11,752 nt of DNA from Pseudomonadota bacterium. Its GTDB lineage: Bacteria > Bdellovibrionota > Bdellovibrionia > Bdellovibrionales > SG-bin7. Position 1 is the first letter of the stretch; every line of letters starts with the position of its first letter. The position numbers and the translations under genes were made by a program. Location: contig JAWXAY010000051.1 of the NCBI GenBank assembly GCA_034439715.1, forward strand, positions 1 to 11,752, written 5' to 3'. Positions 7,781-11,752 of the stretch are shown here, piece by piece. The notes below the pieces were generated by a model that worked only from the letters and a program-made list of their open reading frames with translations, had not been told where the DNA came from and searched no databases.

Positions 7781-8923
7781 CTAGTTGGCGATGTTCAATC
7801 TAATGAACACGGGCAAATGGTCTGAGAAGCCAGCTTTATCGGCAGATTCGGCACTAAAGTCATAACCACGGGGTACGTGTGAAACCGACTTGCCATTCCT
7901 TTCTTGGTAGACGTAAGTCATGAATGGGGCTGCTAAATTCTTAAACGATTTTAAATCAGCAACAATGCGGCCGCGACTTGTCATGTTTTTGCTAACTAAA
8001 ATGCGATCGAGTCGATTCCAAGTCGCATTTTTTTTGTAATAGTATGTTCCCGGGGGAGTCATTTTTATGCCCTTTCCACGAGCTAAAACTTCGGTATCGT
8101 AGAGTCGGCTTGTCCATTTGGAGCTGGCTAAAACGTTGTCAATACCATTTGGGGACTCACTCTCAATGGTATTTAGATCTCCCATAACCACGACGTGATA
8201 ATTGCTGGCGCCGTGCTCTTTTACATTTTTATCGATGTCAGCTTTGATTATTTCAGCGACCGCCATGCGATATTTTCCGGGATTAGACTGAGAGGGCCAA
8301 TGAGAAACATATACTGCCAAAACCGGAGCAGAGTCCTTGGCATTTCTTAGGCTAGCGTCTTTTAGTCGAAAATGCACTCGCAGTACATTTCGAGTTTTCA
8401 TATTGCCACTATCTTTAAATCCCACTTCAATTTCTTTGTGGGACACATACTGAATTTTTTGTTCATTAAACATAAGGGCAACGTCGATGCCACGAGAATC
8501 GTTTCCGTCAGCTATATAAAGGTGATCATACCCAGTGGCACGAGCCAATATATTAAGAACATTTTCGTTTTCAACTTCGGATAGGCCGACGATATCTGGC
8601 AAAAACCCTTGGTGCTCGATCACTCTTTTGATCTGTCCCACTTTTAGATTTACGCGCTCAGGTCGCCAATCCGTTTTTTCACACAATTCTCGGAAAGTGG
8701 GAATTCTTATTTTAGCGCACGCCTCCATTTTTCCGGGAAAACTCTTGGGGAGAAAAGTATAGTCATCTTTACCTTCGTCGTGTTCAGAGTCGAAAAGATT
8801 CTCGACATTGTAACTCATAACCGAAATGGAATCTCTGCTTAGGTCGGGGCCAAACTCTGCGCGAGCACCCAATGAATAAATGAATAGACCCACGTAAATA
8901 GTAAATGTGATGACTCGAAACAT
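7781..8923 (-). CDS. Secreted endonuclease/exonuclease/phosphatase (EEP) family protein
   Basis: Start moved from 8977 to ATG 8923, 7 nt after GGAGG; 380 aa. Signal peptide ends in A-R-A. EEP motifs SYNVENLFD, GLSEVEN, DSRGIDVAL, HWPS, MGDLN, LDRIL and GFSDHLPV. Confidence 0.9.
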   Translation of the reverse strand: MFRVITFTIYVGLFIYSLGARAEFGPDLSRDSISVMSYNVENLFDSEHDEGKDDYTFLPKSFPGKMEACAKIRIPTFRELCEKTDWRPERVNLKVGQIKRVIEHQGFLPDIVGLSEVENENVLNILARATGYDHLYIADGNDSRGIDVALMFNEQKIQYVSHKEIEVGFKDSGNMKTRNVLRVHFRLKDASLRNAKDSAPVLAVYVSHWPSQSNPGKYRMAVAEIIKADIDKNVKEHGASNYHVVVMGDLNTIESESPNGIDNVLASSKWTSRLYDTEVLARGKGIKMTPPGTYYYKKNATWNRLDRILVSKNMTSRGRIVADLKSFKNLAAPFMTYVYQERNGKSVSHVPRGYDFSAESADKAGFSDHLPVFIRLNIAN

Positions 8924-8930
8924 AAGAATA

Positions 8931-8935
8931 CCTCC
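8931..8935 (-). promoter_or_regulatory. Shine-Dalgarno site of the EEP gene
   Basis: GGAGG-TATTCTT-ATG. Confidence 0.75.
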
Positions 8936-9025
8936 GAGACCAAGGTATATCGCTGACCGACATCTGGGGTAAACCAATCAATTGTTAGAATTTGGCTTTA
9001 CGCACCGAATTAAGATGAAATTTTT

Positions 9026-10453
9026 CTAAGATTCATGAATTGCTTTTACAATGGACTCCACACAAGCCTTGGCATCACCAAAGACTAATGAGCAGTTTTC
9101 ATAATAGAAAAGGTCGTTATCTACGCCAGCATAGCCAGGTTTCATTGAGCGCTTATTGACGAAAACTTGTTTAGATTTGTAAGCATCTAAAATCGGCATG
9201 CCATAAAGTGGGCTAGATTTATTCGTTTTGGCTGCCGGATTCACTACGTCGTTAGCACCAATAATTAGGCTAACATCTGTCGTTGCAAATTCTCCATTGA
9301 TGTCTTCAAGTTCGAAAACACAATCATAAGGAATGTCACTCTCGGCTAACAGCACATTCATATGCCCGGGCATTCGGCCGGCCACGGGATGAATAGCAAA
9401 TTTCACTTCGACGCCTTTTTTACACAGAGTTTGATATAGTTCTTTGACGGCATGTTGGGCCTGCGCCACAGCCATCCCATACCCGGGCACGATGATGACC
9501 TTACTAGAGTTTTCTAACATATAGGCGACGTCTTCTGCCGCCGAGGATTTAAATTTCTTGCCAGAAGCCGCTGGAGCCGAGGAACCGTCGGCCGCCGCCC
9601 CACCAAATCCACCTAGGATGACGCTGATAAAAGAACGGTTCATCGCCTTACACATTATATAAGATAAAATTGCACCGCTACTGCCGACTAAAGCACCTGT
9701 GGCAATCAGCAGGTAGTTCCCCATGGTAAAACCTGTAGCCGCCGCCGCCCATCCGGAATAAGAATTCAACATCGAAACTACTACTGGCATATCGGCGCCA
9801 CCGATAGGAAGAATCAATAAAAAACCAAGAATCAAAGAAATGAGCGTCAGTATTAAAAGAGGAGAAAACTCAAAACTCCCCGCAAAAATTCCGCAAAAAA
9901 CAAAAATTGATACACCTAATGTTAAATTCAAAAGATGTTGGCCTTTAAATACCAAGGGATTAGAAGACATAAGTCCCTGCAACTTACCAAAAGCAATCAC
10001 TGACCCTGAAAATGTGATGGCGCCAATGGCGCTACCCATGGATAACTCCCAAGCAAGCAGAGCTTGATGGCCGACATCAATCGAACCCTGATGAGTAAAA
10101 TATGTTCCCAGCGATATTAGCACTGCAGAAAGTCCTACAAAACTGTGAAGAATCGCTACCAGCTGGGGCATTTCCGTCATGTGAATTCTAAGGGCTATGG
10201 TAGTACCAATGAGTCCACCTAATATAAGGCCCGACCAAATCCATGTATAACTTTTTATATCGGGATGAATCAGTGTTGCGACAATGGCAAGTCCCATGCC
10301 TAACATAGCAAAACCGTTGCCAGCGGCAGCAGTTCGCGGAGAACTCAATCCTTTAAGACCAAATATAAAAAGTATAGTAGCTATTAAATAAACGGCTCCA
10401 AAAAAATCGCCAGAAAAAAAACCAGAAAAATATGAAGATAAATCCAATGACAT
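9026..10453 (-). CDS. pntB: NAD(P) transhydrogenase beta subunit
   Basis: 475 aa. Multi-TM N-terminal domain with MPQLVAILHSFVG and GGADMPVVVSMLNSYSGWAAAA. NADP domain with PGYGMAVAQAQ, HPVAGRMPGHMNVLLAE and GANDVVNPAA. Confidence 0.97.
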   Translation of the reverse strand: MSLDLSSYFSGFFSGDFFGAVYLIATILFIFGLKGLSSPRTAAAGNGFAMLGMGLAIVATLIHPDIKSYTWIWSGLILGGLIGTTIALRIHMTEMPQLVAILHSFVGLSAVLISLGTYFTHQGSIDVGHQALLAWELSMGSAIGAITFSGSVIAFGKLQGLMSSNPLVFKGQHLLNLTLGVSIFVFCGIFAGSFEFSPLLILTLISLILGFLLILPIGGADMPVVVSMLNSYSGWAAAATGFTMGNYLLIATGALVGSSGAILSYIMCKAMNRSFISVILGGFGGAAADGSSAPAASGKKFKSSAAEDVAYMLENSSKVIIVPGYGMAVAQAQHAVKELYQTLCKKGVEVKFAIHPVAGRMPGHMNVLLAESDIPYDCVFELEDINGEFATTDVSLIIGANDVVNPAAKTNKSSPLYGMPILDAYKSKQVFVNKRSMKPGYAGVDNDLFYYENCSLVFGDAKACVESIVKAIHES

Positions 10454-10463
10454 TTTTTGATTC

Positions 10464-10763
10464 CTACTTTTTCTTTTTAAACATTGCTAGCATTCGATGG
10501 GTCACGACAAAACCGCCAAAAATATTTATACTAGCCAACAATACTGCAAAAAAGCCTAGCATCTCAATCGGACTCACTTCTGAAAACGATTGCGAGTCGT
10601 GAAAGCCGGCCACAAAAATTGCACCCACAACTACGATGGCACTTATGGCGTTAGTCACAGCCATGAGCGGAGTGTGCAACGCAGGAGTGACCCCCCAAAT
10701 TACGTGATACCCCACAAAACAAGAAAGCACAAAAATATATATTCCAAATAATGTGTCAGACAT
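10464..10763 (-). CDS. pntAB: NAD(P) transhydrogenase alpha-2 (membrane) subunit
   Basis: 99 aa with three hydrophobic segments, [17 protein letters not shown] and [16 protein letters not shown]. Confidence 0.95.
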   Translation of the reverse strand: MSDTLFGIYIFVLSCFVGYHVIWGVTPALHTPLMAVTNAISAIVVVGAIFVAGFHDSQSFSEVSPIEMLGFFAVLLASINIFGGFVVTHRMLAMFKKKK

Positions 10764-10775
10764 TTTTTCGTTCCT

Positions 10776-11752
10776 TTAAGTCCGGAGTTGTCCCTGATGA
10801 CAAACACAGGCTGCGGCAATAATGTCATCTTCGAAATCCACCTTTAACACGGACTGACCCTCTTTTTTTTGAATCATGATACTTAAAAAGTTATGTAAAT
10901 TATTGCCGAAAAATTGGCTGGAATCGGTAGCCACCAAACTGGGATAATTGGATATGCCAACAACCGTGACACCACCCACTGAAATAGTTTGGTCGGCTTT
11001 GGTGAGTTCGCAATTACCACCTGTACCGGCCGCCAAGTCTAAAATAACTGAGCCCGGCTTCATTCCTCGAACCGCCGCCTCAGTAATTAATACCGGCGCT
11101 TTTCTACCAGGAATGTTGGCGGTAGAAATTATGATATTGGCGGACTTCAGATATTCCGTTAAAAGTTTCTGCTGCAGCTCTCGGGCTTCTTTAGAGAGTT
11201 CCTTAGCGTAGCCGCCTGTGCCCTGGCCTGATTCGCTCACTTCTAACTCCACAAATTTAGCGCCGAGTGATTGAATTTGTTCTTTAACTTCGGGTCGAAC
11301 ATCATAGGCTTCAACACTAGCGCCTAACCTTTTTGCCGTCGCAATAGCTTGCAGCCCCGCCACCCCTGCCCCCAGTACTATGACCTTGGCTGGCTTAGAC
11401 ATTCCCGCCGAAGTCATCATGAGCGGAAAAAATTTTTTATAATGAACGCTGGCCTCAAGCACCGCTCTATAGCCTGCGATATTGGCCTGAGAGGATAAAA
11501 CATCCATGGACTGAGCTCTCGAAGTTCGAGGTATTTTTTCTAAAGCAAAGGCCGTAACTTTTTTTTCGTTAAGCCATTTAATGGGCCCTTCTTTATCCCA
11601 AGAATTCAGAAGCGAAACAAAGAGCGTTCCTGGTTTTAGCAGACTGACCTCTTCCGTAGTAGGTGGATTAATTTTAGCCACTATTTCGCAATCCAACACC
11701 GTGTTTTTATCCGCAGTTTTGCAGTCTACGCGCGCAAAATCATCATCAGAAA
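10776..11752 (-). CDS. pntAA: NAD(P) transhydrogenase alpha-1 (NAD(H)-binding) subunit, 5' end outside the window
   Basis: The frame is open to the window edge (...SDDDFARVDCKTADKNTVLDCEIVAKINPP), so GTG 11699 is internal. Motifs RTSRAQSMDVLSSQANIAGYRAV, GAGVAGLQAIATA, GGYAKE and DLAAGTGGNC. Confidence 0.95.
   Translation of the reverse strand, partial: SDDDFARVDCKTADKNTVLDCEIVAKINPPTTEEVSLLKPGTLFVSLLNSWDKEGPIKWLNEKKVTAFALEKIPRTSRAQSMDVLSSQANIAGYRAVLEASVHYKKFFPLMMTSAGMSKPAKVIVLGAGVAGLQAIATAKRLGASVEAYDVRPEVKEQIQSLGAKFVELEVSESGQGTGGYAKELSKEARELQQKLLTEYLKSANIIISTANIPGRKAPVLITEAAVRGMKPGSVILDLAAGTGGNCELTKADQTISVGGVTVVGISNYPSLVATDSSQFFGNNLHNFLSIMIQKKEGQSVLKVDFEDDIIAAACVCHQGQLRT

Noticed and set aside
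8924..9025. Longer EEP start at 8977; sigma28-like (TTTA-N15-AGCGATAT), FNR or Rex sites; small RNA
   Set aside because: ATG 8923 has the SD and a signal peptide. The motif matches are partial, and I saw no convincing ncRNA structure.
10396..10435. CCAGAAAAA duplication encoding FSGFFSG at the PntB N-terminus
   Set aside because: Two short copies in a variable N-terminal extension, with the frame intact.
619..11211. Short plus-strand ORFs (65-106 aa) and the alternative-frame minus ORFs 835..1047 and 8784..8981
   Set aside because: Nearly all of their length overlaps well-supported genes, and they have no recognisable motifs. They are shadow ORFs.
11697..11699. GTG start for pntAA, implying a truncated gene
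   Set aside because: The frame is open to the window edge with PntA-like sequence. The true start lies outside the window.
1..11752. CRISPR arrays, tRNA/rRNA genes, transposases, phage or defence genes
   Set aside because: The window is almost fully coding (largest gap 102 bp) with no repeat-spacer pattern or such motifs.

Overview
An 11.75-kb bacterial chromosomal segment with 11 co-directional genes, all on the minus strand. In transcription order: a three-subunit proton-translocating NAD(P) transhydrogenase (pntAA cut by the window edge, pntAB, pntB); a secreted EEP-family nuclease/phosphatase; the 2-oxoglutarate dehydrogenase genes sucA-sucB-lpdA; then four overlapping genes whose products all look exported. 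These four are a His-rich DUF4399-like lipoprotein, a 270-aa protein with TIKI/TraB/EreA/ChaN-type motifs, an N-terminally anchored amidohydrolase_2 enzyme and a probable outer-membrane beta-barrel missing from the ORF track (cut by the window edge). I saw no RNA genes, CRISPR arrays or mobile elements. Most of the window is housekeeping. The best leads are the exported four-gene module, an atypical SucB (degenerate subunit-binding domain and a non-canonical C-terminus) and a perfect 12-bp palindrome over the putative sucA promoter/RBS. All family assignments come from reading motifs by eye, not from database searches.
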